A stretch of 64,000 nt of DNA from a virus. Below are positions 46,175-55,060 of the stretch, piece after piece. Where the stretch lies: positions 1 to 64,000 of the IMG/VR virus record IMGVR_UViG_3300046692_000383, one strand, 5' to 3'. The notes beneath the pieces are model-generated. The model made no database searches. It worked only from the letters and a program-made list of their open reading frames with translations, and was not told the origin of the DNA. Every line of letters starts with the position of its first letter. Position 1 is the first letter of the stretch. Both the position numbers and the translations under genes were made by a program.

Positions 46175-46935
46175 TCTGCTTCTTCCACTGTAAATAGCCG
46201 AGGGTCAGGTTTAGTCCAGAAGGCAAGCACCTGCCGTCCTTCACCGTTGGCTACTGCCTTCTTGTAGCAGGGAACCAAGAAGTCGCCGGTACCGTCAACT
46301 CGCTCGTTGGAAATACTGAGGTGGTAGGCCTTGACCTGGTTCCCATCCTTATAATTGGGAATCCGGTGCATAGTCTTTGGTTCCAGGTTTTGATCCAAAG
46401 TCAGTAGCTGTCGCACCAGCTCATGGACTGTCTTCGGCGCACCCCAGGAAACAGGGTCAGGGCCGAGAGTAGGCAGAGGATAACTGTACAGTAGCTCGTA
46501 GGTCGCAAACGGATTCAGTTCTTTCGGCAGAGGCTGATCCCAGGAGTGCATCCACTTATCGGGTTCTTTCTTGAAAGCGCAGCGGTAGCCGACAGGCTGT
46601 GATTGCTGATGAGCCCGCCAAAAGCGCTTGAGCACTGCACCTTCTGTTGGGCAGCCGTCTGCTTCTTGGCAAGGACTATCTTCTTCCAGAAGAGAGGCCT
46701 TTTCCATCTCACCGACAACTTCAAACCAGCTAGTGTTGTCTGTGTCCAAGCCCAGTACTTTGGCGGCACGGGTAAGCAACTGCTTGGCATTAAAGTTTTG
46801 GTCATCGCGGCGCGCTTGCGCAGAAGTGAGCAACTCGATTTCAGTGAGTAGCAGTTGTACAGACTGGGCGCTAACACTCGCACCGAAGTCGACCTGTGAC
46901 TTAATGAACTTTAGTTTATTTTCGCAAATGCTCAT
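46171..46935 (-). CDS. hypothetical protein
   Basis: 254-aa ORF in the early/accessory block. Confidence 0.5.
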   Translation of the reverse strand: MSICENKLKFIKSQVDFGASVSAQSVQLLLTEIELLTSAQARRDDQNFNAKQLLTRAAKVLGLDTDNTSWFEVVGEMEKASLLEEDSPCQEADGCPTEGAVLKRFWRAHQQSQPVGYRCAFKKEPDKWMHSWDQPLPKELNPFATYELLYSYPLPTLGPDPVSWGAPKTVHELVRQLLTLDQNLEPKTMHRIPNYKDGNQVKAYHLSISNERVDGTGDFLVPCYKKAVANGEGRQVLAFWTKPDPRLFTVEEAE

Positions 46936-47114
46936 GAGTTCAATGCCTGTACGGAGAGTATTTCGAGTTGCTGGGCTTCTTCGCGGAAGTGGTCTTCCGA
47001 GTACATGATGCTCTCGCCGCAGACAATGCGCTGCTGGTTAGCCGCTTCCATCCCGAGGACTCTGGCATGGCTGGCATGAATCAGCGCCAAGATTTGCAGT
47101 TGTTGACTGTTCAT
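46932..47114 (-). CDS. hypothetical small protein
   Basis: 60-aa ORF with ATGA overlaps on both sides. Confidence 0.4.
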   Translation of the reverse strand: MNSQQLQILALIHASHARVLGMEAANQQRIVCGESIMYSEDHFREEAQQLEILSVQALNS

Positions 47115-47362
47115 ACTGTAATCAAAGCCTCGTCGATTGGGCCACGAGAGTCAAGGTTCAAAGTTTCAGAACGGCCGGTGCACTTGGTGCCGTCAGTAAA
47201 ACCGGCGGCGATCGGCGATCGGCGAAAACGTTCCCAATTTTGCTCGGTGCCATACTTAATACGGGAGACAGCTTCAGCAAAGAAGTCGTGGTTGATGCTC
47301 TTTGGGAACATGAACAGCTCTTCTTTACCAGTACGCTCGTCTACAGTTACAATGTACTTCAT
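47111..47362 (-). CDS. hypothetical small protein
   Basis: 83-aa ORF, overlap-coupled. Confidence 0.45.
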   Translation of the reverse strand: MKYIVTVDERTGKEELFMFPKSINHDFFAEAVSRIKYGTEQNWERFRRSPIAAGFTDGTKCTGRSETLNLDSRGPIDEALITV

Positions 47363-47613
47363 CAGATGCTCCTGACAGCTTGGTCAATGAGGAGTTGTTC
47401 GGCTTCAGTTAGCATTGGCCGAGTGGTCACGCGGTCTTCAATTGCTTTCCAGGTTGGCTCGTATTCCGGCCAGTCTTGCTCAATGACGAGGGCATCTTGC
47501 ACAGCAATAATACCTTCATTGTCCATACGACTTTCCAGCCGGCTGAACTGGTCCTCGCTGAGGTCCTTCAACTTGATAACGATATAACGGTTTTCGCGGT
47601 GAAATTCAGTCAT
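47362..47613 (-). CDS. hypothetical small protein
   Basis: 83-aa acidic ORF, overlap-coupled. Confidence 0.45.
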   Translation of the reverse strand: MTEFHRENRYIVIKLKDLSEDQFSRLESRMDNEGIIAVQDALVIEQDWPEYEPTWKAIEDRVTTRPMLTEAEQLLIDQAVRSI

Positions 47614-47858
47614 TGCTTACCTCTCCTTCAAAGGGTTTGCCACAGGCAGGACACTCTCCACCAGCTTTACGCCAAGCAGAGGACAGGCTATACTTCTTAC
47701 ATTTGGTACAACGGACAACTTCGTCCTCTTTACAATTGCAGTACACTGGTGAGCCGACATATACCCAGTTTGTTGGCTTCACTTGAAGAAACCTGGATAC
47801 ACAGATAAGCCAACGACAACTAGGACTACTGCAGTCAGTAAAAGAAGATGTCTATCTT

Positions 47859-48158
47859 TCATGGCTGACTGCCTCCGTATACCCGCATGTCTGGGCAGGG
47901 TAATCCCTGGGGATGGGCCCTTCCGCAGGCCATACATGTGGACCATACGCCGTAGTGGCCGGGGGTATTGTGCAGGTTTTTGAGCCGGCTCAACTCAGCT
48001 CTCAACTGCTCAATCTCTGCTGTCTTTTGCATAACTTGAGCAGTTGCGTCCGATAACGCCTTCCGCAGCTCAAAATTCTTATGAGCGAGTTCACCTGGAA
48101 TAACATCTGCAGGTATCTCGCTGATTTTACATAAGCCAAATAGCTTGAAAATACTCAT
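47859..48158 (-). CDS. hypothetical protein with C-terminal Cys/His cluster
   Basis: 99-aa ORF containing CMACGRAHPQGLPCP. Confidence 0.4.
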   Translation of the reverse strand: MSIFKLFGLCKISEIPADVIPGELAHKNFELRKALSDATAQVMQKTAEIEQLRAELSRLKNLHNTPGHYGVWSTCMACGRAHPQGLPCPDMRVYGGSQP

Positions 48159-48442
48159 CGTGACTGCATCCAGAATCCAGAGTCAAAAGGGAGTTCGCTG
48201 CCGTGCTCGCCAATCAGCTGTTCGCGAAGCTGGTGTAGGACTGACTGGGCTTGCTGACGGGTGATAGGCTTATTGGCGCGCCAAGAACGAGTGTCATACT
48301 CAGTCTTGCCGTTCTCGGCCGGAACTGCTACCCAAATCTCACCAAACCAAATAACCGGCTTCTTGGGCACGCCGACTCTTTTGCCTTTTACAGCTACAAG
48401 GCCAGGGACTTCCATCCCGAGTCTCCATGCAATCTTACACAT
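48155..48442 (-). CDS. hypothetical protein
   Basis: 95-aa ORF. The class-B promoter and a TTCCTAACAGGC element lie just upstream. Confidence 0.45.
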   Translation of the reverse strand: MCKIAWRLGMEVPGLVAVKGKRVGVPKKPVIWFGEIWVAVPAENGKTEYDTRSWRANKPITRQQAQSVLHQLREQLIGEHGSELPFDSGFWMQSR

Positions 48443-48471
48443 ACTAATAGCCTGTTAGGAATGTAGAGCCT

Positions 48472-48500
48472 ATTGTACGCCCACAGTGTATAGGCGTACA
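48472..48500 (-). promoter_or_regulatory. class-B promoter (minus strand) TGTACG-N17-TACAAT with conserved spacer CCTATACACTGTGGGCG and self-complementary flanks
   Basis: Reverse complement read directly. GTACGCC and GGCGTAC flanking the spacer are complementary. Confidence 0.45.
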
Positions 48501-48523
48501 GTCCTGGCTTATACCATTTGGCT

Positions 48524-49558
48524 TTAAAGCTTCCAGGTCTTAGAGCTTTCCAGCAGTTTGCCGAAAGCTTTAACGCCACGGTGGCGAATGTGTTTCTTAT
48601 TGGCTTCGAGCCACTCAGCCAATATCTCAGCTGGAGTTTTTGGCTTGACAACTCGTGCGGCGTAGCCGGATGCTCTCGACACAGAGGAGTACATTGCTGG
48701 ACTGTAGTAGGCTCCACCAGTAGAAGCCGCTTCCTGGGGCGAAGACGCGATAGTTCTTGATGGAGCTTGCTGCTCGTCAAAAACTTTCAAGCAAGCGTTA
48801 TCCAGCTCAGGGATTGCTTTGTAGTGTGCGAGGCTGACGTCAAAAACTTCACCGGCTGTCATCGCTGCGATGCGATCCCATTGCTTGGTCTCGCACCACA
48901 TATCTTTGAGCAGCCACTGCAACTTCCAACCATCAACTGTTTGGCGATCGCGTTCCAGTGCCAGGAATTCCGGCTTGACATCGTAGCCGTACTCGGCTTC
49001 AGTCTTGTTCACATACAAGCCATTGACGTAGAGCTCACCCTTCCGGTCAAGCAGGATTCGGCCCTGCGGAACTTCGATAACGTCGCCTTCGCCAAACTGG
49101 TCTTGCATGTGGAGACAGCTTTTGCGAATTGCATGTATGTCCTCGGCATCCAGACCGACGATGTCAATACGCAAGCCGCTACATTCCCATCCCTTTTCAT
49201 CGATAGTCAACACTTCACAGCCGAACATCTCGCTATGCTCAAAACCAGGTTCCCAAAGCAAACCGTTATTGAAGATAGCAACTGGATAGCCGAGGCGTGT
49301 CAGCACCAACAACGCGATCTTGTAACCTTCGCCGAAGCTGCCGATGCTGTGGGCGTCATCCGCTTTCGAGGTAGAGCCGAGCACCAAAGTTGACGGATCG
49401 AGCTTACCATTTGGACTGAAAATGCTGAGATGGCTGTCGCCAAACTCGAAGGACCACTCACCGCCGTCGAGAGCATTTTGTACAAACTCACGAACGGATT
49501 CAAGCAAGCCCCAATGGGCGACGTAGTTACGGGCGAGCGGAAGGACATACTGTTTCAT
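48524..49558 (-). CDS. GHKL-fold ATPase (Bergerat fold; MutL/Hsp90/MORC-like N-terminal domain) of unknown role
   Basis: N-box VREFVQNALDGGEW (ExxxNxxD) and G2 box IGSFGEGYKIALLV (compare Hsp90 IGQFGVGFYSAFLV). ORF-track ORF 48524-49675 trimmed to ATG 49558 (MKQYVLPL), giving an ATGA overlap with the upstream gene. Confidence 0.55.
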   Translation of the reverse strand: MKQYVLPLARNYVAHWGLLESVREFVQNALDGGEWSFEFGDSHLSIFSPNGKLDPSTLVLGSTSKADDAHSIGSFGEGYKIALLVLTRLGYPVAIFNNGLLWEPGFEHSEMFGCEVLTIDEKGWECSGLRIDIVGLDAEDIHAIRKSCLHMQDQFGEGDVIEVPQGRILLDRKGELYVNGLYVNKTEAEYGYDVKPEFLALERDRQTVDGWKLQWLLKDMWCETKQWDRIAAMTAGEVFDVSLAHYKAIPELDNACLKVFDEQQAPSRTIASSPQEAASTGGAYYSPAMYSSVSRASGYAARVVKPKTPAEILAEWLEANKKHIRHRGVKAFGKLLESSKTWKL

Positions 49559-49782
49559 TTGAACTGCCTTTTCGAGGGTGGGTTTACTGTTTCTAGAATA
49601 ACGTCCGCTGGACGGATGCTCATATCGAGTTTGACTTTGTAAATAGCCAGCTTTGGGCTTTCGACTAGGTGACAAGGGGTATTATGGAGCACGGCCATTC
49701 GCTCTGCCTTCTCAAGTGCGTCGAGAATACAGTTGGACCAGCCGATACCAGAACCATCGAAGTTAATTTGCTGCATAGCCAC
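49555..49782 (-). CDS. hypothetical small protein
   Basis: 75-aa ORF, overlap-coupled to the GHKL gene. Confidence 0.45.
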   Translation of the reverse strand: MAMQQINFDGSGIGWSNCILDALEKAERMAVLHNTPCHLVESPKLAIYKVKLDMSIRPADVILETVNPPSKRQFK

Positions 49783-49837
49783 TCCTGTTTAATACTGACA
49801 AAACCCTCAATCAAGAGGGTTATCAGTTACTGGTAGA

Positions 49838-50101
49838 TTACGCTTTGCGCCAAACGCTGGTAGCACCTTCACGATACTTACAGGTTTTGCCCCGGCCGGT
49901 TTGACGGTCTTTAACCTTGAAGTGGACATCATGCAGGATAAAGTCTGGAAAGCTCGGGTGTGGATAGTTTACTGCAACTGGCTTCGAAACAACTTCGTAC
50001 TCAACAGTCTTGCCAAAGTTACCAGTAGACTGGACTACTCGAAAAATGTCACCAACTTGTAACTCAAGGTAAGAAGCCAGCTCAATTTTGATGTAAGCCA
50101 T
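49838..50101 (-). CDS. hypothetical protein
   Basis: ORF-track start at 50119 is non-ATG. The ATG at 50101 (MAYIKIEL) has AGGAA 9 nt upstream. First gene downstream of the 50134-50162 promoter. Confidence 0.45.
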   Translation of the reverse strand: MAYIKIELASYLELQVGDIFRVVQSTGNFGKTVEYEVVSKPVAVNYPHPSFPDFILHDVHFKVKDRQTGRGKTCKYREGATSVWRKA

Positions 50102-50133
50102 GATGCTATTCCTGTTCAAGTTGGTGTAGAACC

Positions 50134-50162
50134 ATTATACTCCCACAGTGTACAGGAGTACA
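50134..50162 (-). promoter_or_regulatory. class-B promoter (minus strand) TGTACT-N17-TATAAT with spacer CCTGTACACTGTGGGAG and complementary flanks GTACTCC/GGAGTAT
   Basis: Reverse complement read directly. Lies at the left edge of a 330-bp intergenic region. Confidence 0.5.
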
Positions 50163-50446
50163 AGGCCTGTTAGGAATAAGGATAAGCCGAAACCTGGAGA
50201 TTGAGCTATAAATAGAACCAAGACTGCGGTCTCCTACGGCCTCCGTAGAGACTAGCCTAGACCTAGGCAGTATGCTATTCCGTATTTCGAGGCAGAACGC
50301 GACAGGCCTTCCCGATAGGAGACTAAACTCTACTGGAAAGAGCTTCCTTGCGCGTGTATAATGAAGTCGGAGAAAAGAAGAGAAGGATATAGATATTCTA
50401 CACCCTTTCTGGAGGAAAGTAAAGCTTTACCCCTAACTAATTACAG

Positions 50447-50971
50447 TTAAGCAACAAGGCCCAGGGCATTCAGACCACTGGCGTGTCCCTGGCGGGCGGC
50501 TTCAATATCTTCTATGGTGCTGAGCGAGCCAAAAGCCTTCGCATGGAATTGCTCGTCAGGCAGGATTCGAGCGAAAACTTCGGCAATATCGGCAAAGCGG
50601 TTATCCGTCGCCAGCAACTCGATTCGGTCGAGGCGCATAACTTCGGCGTGGTAGCCGACAGCGCAAATGGCTTCGAATGTCACCGGAGAAGCTGGCAGGG
50701 TTTGGTTCCAGTAGCGTTCTTCCTTTTGGAGGACTTCAGCTGGAATACCTCGAGAGTCAAGTAGACCTTTCACCCACAGTGCGTGGCGCCCTTCGTCGTC
50801 AGCAATCTTGTTCAGCAGATCAGCTTTCTTGCCTTGAACATTGTACTGAGGGATCAAGTCACGAATACGCTTTTCAGCAGTGACCTCGCCGTGATACTGT
50901 GCCTTAAGCCATTCTACCATCTTGGCCTGGTCAACAGATACTTCTTTCCACCATTGTTCTGTAGTACGCAT
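50447..50971 (-). CDS. ferritin-like diiron-carboxylate protein candidate (MiaE/rubrerythrin-like helix pairs)
   Basis: Two E…ExxH motifs: ADDEGRHALW and LPDEQFHAKAF, each preceded by a helix with Glu. 174 aa, all-helical composition. Confidence 0.45.
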   Translation of the reverse strand: MRTTEQWWKEVSVDQAKMVEWLKAQYHGEVTAEKRIRDLIPQYNVQGKKADLLNKIADDEGRHALWVKGLLDSRGIPAEVLQKEERYWNQTLPASPVTFEAICAVGYHAEVMRLDRIELLATDNRFADIAEVFARILPDEQFHAKAFGSLSTIEDIEAARQGHASGLNALGLVA

Positions 50972-50985
50972 GATATTTCCTCGTG

Positions 50986-51291
50986 TTACACTGGGTTGAT
51001 TGAAGCTTTCCTTTCGTCACGCTTGGCATACAACGGATGGTTACGGTTGGGTGCGGCTACTTTGGCCATCGCTTCTTTTGGGCTAGTAGCCATCTCGTAG
51101 CGGTAGGTTTGCTCACCGTGTATATCAAGAAAAGTCACTCTGTAGCTCTTCTCCTGGGACGGATCATTTTGGCGTTTGCTTGCCATGACTGCACGGCCAA
51201 AGAAGCCATGCCACTGAGCTTCTTTGCACACTTCGGGGTTGCCGTATACAGCAAACCACTCTTCAAACTTGGCGCGTTCTTTGGTTTTCAT
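50986..51291 (-). CDS. hypothetical protein
   Basis: 101-aa ORF. Confidence 0.45.
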   Translation of the reverse strand: MKTKERAKFEEWFAVYGNPEVCKEAQWHGFFGRAVMASKRQNDPSQEKSYRVTFLDIHGEQTYRYEMATSPKEAMAKVAAPNRNHPLYAKRDERKASINPV

Positions 51292-51608
51292 TCAACCACC
51301 TGATAGCCGTTGGCAACTGCCCAGTCCTTTGCATCTTCTTCGGTGCGGAAGTCTTCCAGTACGCCGTTAAACACGTCGCCTTCGAACAGGCTAACAATAT
51401 AAGGATAAGACGTCTGAGCGGCAGTAGAGGGAATAATTTTAACCGTCGGCTTAACTGACTCTTTCGCATGGGCTTTTGCAGCTAGCCAAAGTTCAAACAT
51501 GGCTTCTCTGCCACGGTACTGTGTCAGAAACCACTTAGCGTTAAAGCTGTTATTTTCAACAGCTTTCTCAAAAGCTCTTCGTTCCTCTTCTTCTTTTGCA
51601 GTCTTCAT
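51288..51608 (-). CDS. hypothetical protein
   Basis: 106-aa ORF with ATGA overlap. Confidence 0.45.
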   Translation of the reverse strand: MKTAKEEEERRAFEKAVENNSFNAKWFLTQYRGREAMFELWLAAKAHAKESVKPTVKIIPSTAAQTSYPYIVSLFEGDVFNGVLEDFRTEEDAKDWAVANGYQVVE

Positions 51609-51844
51609 TTGGCTACCTTCACTGCTGTAAGTGCTGCACGTAGGTTAATGCCTACGTCAGGAAAGTGATCCCAGCCTGACTCAGCATAATCTTTGAAAGC
51701 TTCAGCCGCTTTGGCCAGCGCAGCCAGCTGAGCCGTTTGTTTTTCGTACATTTGCTCGAGTTGGCAGAAGTCGCCGTTGGAACATTCCAGCAAAGCTTCC
51801 AGCCGCTTGACGCGTGCATGCAAGTCTACAGTTTCACTGCTCAT
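51605..51844 (-). CDS. small coiled-coil protein, paralog of 51844-52116
   Basis: Shares VKRLEALLECSNGDFCQLEQMYEKQ with KKRLEALLECAQGDLHQQERMYDEL of the adjacent gene. Confidence 0.45.
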   Translation of the reverse strand: MSSETVDLHARVKRLEALLECSNGDFCQLEQMYEKQTAQLAALAKAAEAFKDYAESGWDHFPDVGINLRAALTAVKVAK

Positions 51845-52116
51845 TACACACCCGCTGACTTGAGCGCCAAAGCGGCAAGTTCCTGGAACTCATCAACCAA
51901 TTCCTGTGGGTCCGGTTTACAGCCGCCAGTGCATGGAACACAGCCGCAGTTGTGTGGAGCAGCAATCTTCTCGAGAGTTCGCGTAAGTGAAGCGCATTTG
52001 CGCGATAGTTCATCGTACATCCGCTCTTGCTGGTGAAGATCACCCTGGGCGCACTCCAGCAAAGCTTCCAGCCGCTTCTTTCTCGCCTTCAAACCTTCAC
52101 GAGTGTTATTGCTCAT
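51844..52116 (-). CDS. small coiled-coil protein with C-terminal Cys cluster, paralog of 51605-51844
   Basis: As above, plus HNCGCVPCTGGCKP. Confidence 0.45.
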   Translation of the reverse strand: MSNNTREGLKARKKRLEALLECAQGDLHQQERMYDELSRKCASLTRTLEKIAAPHNCGCVPCTGGCKPDPQELVDEFQELAALALKSAGV

Positions 52117-52697
52117 CAGTTTAACTCCGGTGCTGGAAGATTCAGTTGATGAGGAGCGTAGCCAAGGTCGTGCAGTAACGCAGTGTACCAGTTACTTTGC
52201 CTCGCTGGCGATGTTGTAGCACCTAATAGCATTCGACTGTGCACGATTCCTGCAAGGAAGCTACGATAGGCTTGACCAGCTTCGGCTTCGAAGTTAGCTT
52301 TGATCTTCTTCAGTTCGTAGTCAAGCTTGTCCAACTTGTGCTGGGCTTTGGATTTTGGAATTGACTGAGCTGGAACTTTGCGAGTTGCTCGGCCGATGAA
52401 CTGCGCGGGGGGAAACAGCGTACGAATTGGTACTGCTGATCTGTTAATAGCAAAACCTTCCAGCAGTTTGTCAATGATAACTGTTTTGCCGCCTGCTTGC
52501 ACTTTTTCAGTCTCGCCGTAGTAGGAAAGTGCATAAAGCTCAAGTTTGTCGAAGTCCATCTCAAGTTGTTTAGGCGGAGGAGTAAGGCCGAAGAAACGAT
52601 AAGCATCATCAGTCTGCTCAGCAGTTGGACACAGGGACTTGCCCGTGCCTTTTGGAATGGAAATGGTTACGTACTGCGAGATAGGCTTTTTCACGCT
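52116..52697 (-). CDS. hypothetical protein (GTG start)
   Basis: ORF-track ORF 52116-52922 trimmed to the GTG at 52697 (VKKPISQ), which follows AAGGAA and a hairpin and avoids a 160-nt overlap. Confidence 0.4.
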   Translation of the reverse strand, partial: SVKKPISQYVTISIPKGTGKSLCPTAEQTDDAYRFFGLTPPPKQLEMDFDKLELYALSYYGETEKVQAGGKTVIIDKLLEGFAINRSAVPIRTLFPPAQFIGRATRKVPAQSIPKSKAQHKLDKLDYELKKIKANFEAEAGQAYRSFLAGIVHSRMLLGATTSPARQSNWYTALLHDLGYAPHQLNLPAPELN

Positions 52698-52758
52698 ATG
52701 TTCCTTTTTAAAGTGACAGGCTATAGTAGCCCTGTCAGGTTGTTCTGTATAATAGCGT

Positions 52759-53553
52759 TTAGCTATTACGATGCTCTGCACAATAGCCATTCTCACGTTT
52801 ACGACGAGCAGGCCGTAGCCACTCTGCGCAACCACTGAGCTGACAAAGAGTACCTTCCTGCCAGTAATAGCCATTCTCATCTGGCACTTTACCGTTGGCA
52901 ACTTGCAGCTGCTGCGGATCAACTACTTTAGTATCATCCTCGTACAGCGGTTCGGCAAAACCTGGCCCAGCTACTTTGGTCTGCAGTGCGCTTGGTTCCA
53001 GCTCAACTGGCAAGTTAACAGCGCTTTTTGGCACAGCTAGACAGTAGGCTTGTGCATCTTTGGTAAGTGCATCGACGTCTGTTTTTCCACGCTCACGCGC
53101 ATCTACTGACTTACGGCCTTCGGTTTCGGAATGACCACACCAGACTGGAACACCGTCAGCACAGACAACATACAGACAAGCGCCGTAGCGAGCGAGCTCG
53201 TGCGAACCATTTTCATAGAGCAAGTTGTACTCGACAAAGCAGCCACCATCGGTACAAGCAACTGCTGGCTCAGCTTTCTTTGGTTGATCGAGCCCTGCGG
53301 CGTGGGTATCAACTGCCTGCTGCGCAGCCTCTACCGAGTACTCAACACCGCCAGCTTGGCCAGCTTCATCAAACCAGATGAACATTTCATCACCAACTTG
53401 CGCGAGGTGAGGTGTTAGCCAATGCCACTGGAACTTCTGCGGTTCAGCTGCGCAGTTGTTCGTAACTGTCTCGACTTGCTTAGCAACCATGCCCTTCAGT
53501 AGCATAGCGATTTCGATTGGGTTGTCGCCCTTGACGTTGATATTCAGTTCCAT
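52759..53553 (-). CDS. hypothetical protein (Cys-rich C-terminal half)
   Basis: 264-aa ORF preceded on the minus strand by a promoter-like TGTACT-N17-CCTAAT. Confidence 0.45.
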   Translation of the reverse strand: MELNINVKGDNPIEIAMLLKGMVAKQVETVTNNCAAEPQKFQWHWLTPHLAQVGDEMFIWFDEAGQAGGVEYSVEAAQQAVDTHAAGLDQPKKAEPAVACTDGGCFVEYNLLYENGSHELARYGACLYVVCADGVPVWCGHSETEGRKSVDARERGKTDVDALTKDAQAYCLAVPKSAVNLPVELEPSALQTKVAGPGFAEPLYEDDTKVVDPQQLQVANGKVPDENGYYWQEGTLCQLSGCAEWLRPARRKRENGYCAEHRNS

Positions 53554-53647
53554 TTACAACTCCTATTGATTGAGCTTGCATTAGGTCATGAAGTGTGGGT
53601 AGAGTACAATACCGTTAGGCTATATGTAGTCCACCCACACGGTGCAT

Positions 53648-53854
53648 TCAGTTATCAGTGCGTTCGACTGGCCACTTCTTGGCCTCGAGCGTCGCAGTCA
53701 CGTCAGCAATAAACTTCTCGAGAACTTCTCGAGTCCAAAGGATCGTGACTTGGCCAGTAGAGACGTTAACTGTTACCAGCATGTTATCGTCATTACTAAG
53801 TCCAACTGGAAAGTCCTGTTCGAAACGCTGTTTATCGTCATCGTACCATGCCAT
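53648..53854 (-). CDS. hypothetical small protein
   Basis: 68-aa ORF. Confidence 0.4.
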   Translation of the reverse strand: MAWYDDDKQRFEQDFPVGLSNDDNMLVTVNVSTGQVTILWTREVLEKFIADVTATLEAKKWPVERTDN

Positions 53855-54143
53855 TTTGTTTCTCCTTCAGGCGGTATAGTGGTTCAAGCCACTCATACGG
53901 TTCGTCCTCAATCCAGCAAGTTGGATGGTCGAGACCAATTAGAGAGTGTTGACCGTCTGGCGTATGTTCATCGAGTAGCGGAGCGAGTTCAGTTGACCGA
54001 GCATAGCCAACAACTTCCAGGAAGGGAACGTGCTCGCCTTCGTGCTTGGCTCCGCAGTACGGACACCATTTCGTCGAGCCGCTGAGGCCGACAAAGAGTT
54101 TCTCACACTGTTCGCATTTGTCGGCATGAGCTGGAATGTCCAT
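53838..54143 (-). CDS. zinc-ribbon protein
   Basis: CEQCEK…CPYCG pair of CxxC motifs. 101 aa. Confidence 0.45.
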   Translation of the reverse strand: MDIPAHADKCEQCEKLFVGLSGSTKWCPYCGAKHEGEHVPFLEVVGYARSTELAPLLDEHTPDGQHSLIGLDHPTCWIEDEPYEWLEPLYRLKEKQNGMVR

Positions 54144-54676
54144 TACTGCTCCAGCGTATAGTCAATTGCGTAAATCTCGCCGGCGCGGAAGGTCACATTG
54201 ACGGCTGTACCTTTGATCCCTCGCGAGGCAAGAACAACGTTGGCTTGAGCAACAAATGAGTGGACCCAGGCGTTGTTACCAAGGTTGCGGTTACTGCTCT
54301 GTGCGTCTTGTATTGACTGGAACTCGGCTTTAGTGATCTTGACGCTGCCGCCTGCCAACAGAGCTATTGGTTTGGTTTCAGCTGTACAGTCCGCATTATA
54401 AACCCGGCAAGGCTGCGGGCCTTCGGATACCATTCCGATATACTCGTTGAACTGCATCACGTCGGTCTTGAGCGCATAGAACACTTGGCAGCCGGCAACC
54501 AGCATGTTGCCAATTTCAACGTACCAGTTGGTGGAGCGAGCGTTGGTCTTCAAACCCAGCGTCTCGCTGTCTGTGCGAATGGCTTTTACCGTGCCCCAGA
54601 CTGCCTTATAGCTCTGGGCGTCTGGAGCGAAGAACCAATCGCTAGTAGTAATTAGTACTTTATCGCCGATTTTCAC
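54143..54676 (-). CDS. hypothetical protein
   Basis: 177-aa ORF with a start/stop junction with neighbours. Confidence 0.45.
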   Translation of the reverse strand: MKIGDKVLITTSDWFFAPDAQSYKAVWGTVKAIRTDSETLGLKTNARSTNWYVEIGNMLVAGCQVFYALKTDVMQFNEYIGMVSEGPQPCRVYNADCTAETKPIALLAGGSVKITKAEFQSIQDAQSSNRNLGNNAWVHSFVAQANVVLASRGIKGTAVNVTFRAGEIYAIDYTLEQ

Positions 54677-54678
54677 TG

Positions 54679-55047
54679 TTAATCCTTTTGTGGTTGTGGT
54701 ACCGACGACCAGTCAGTGTAGTTAAGATTAGTTTTTCTCGATTCATCGCTAAACCCGCTAGCCTTTGCGTAGTCATGGATCATTGGCGGATCGCTGGAGT
54801 AAGCCGGCATGCAATTGCAGGTATTAAGGCATGCCGGTACAGTTTCTGCAAACCGGCTAGGATACTTCCGGCAGGGAACCGCGTACGCTGGGGCCTGGCT
54901 AGCGGCTGCAGATAACGCAGTTGCTGCCTCGCCAATTAGCTGCCGAAAGGCATCAGACATCGGATCGATATGATGCGGATTCCCAATATACTCGCGTAAA
55001 CGCTGCGCGATTGTCTTGAGTTCATTGCTGTTTACATTGCTACTCAT
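54679..55047 (-). CDS. hypothetical protein
   Basis: 122-aa ORF. Confidence 0.4.
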   Translation of the reverse strand: MSSNVNSNELKTIAQRLREYIGNPHHIDPMSDAFRQLIGEAATALSAAASQAPAYAVPCRKYPSRFAETVPACLNTCNCMPAYSSDPPMIHDYAKASGFSDESRKTNLNYTDWSSVPQPQKD

Positions 55048-55060
55048 GCCACAACCCCGA

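Noticed and set aside
50138-50160. Initially read as a structured RNA hairpin with a conserved 11-nt loop (CACAGTGTACA) and covarying stems
   Set aside because: On the minus strand, the 'stem' halves coincide with the -35 and -10-proximal bases of a sigma70-like promoter, and the 'loop' is the 17-nt spacer. It is reported instead as a class-B promoter, with the covariation noted as an open question.
53642-54085. 147-aa + strand ORF
   Set aside because: It is fully overlapped by two tightly coupled minus-strand genes (53648-53854 and 53838-54143) that fit the leftward operon. It has no promoter or RBS of its own.
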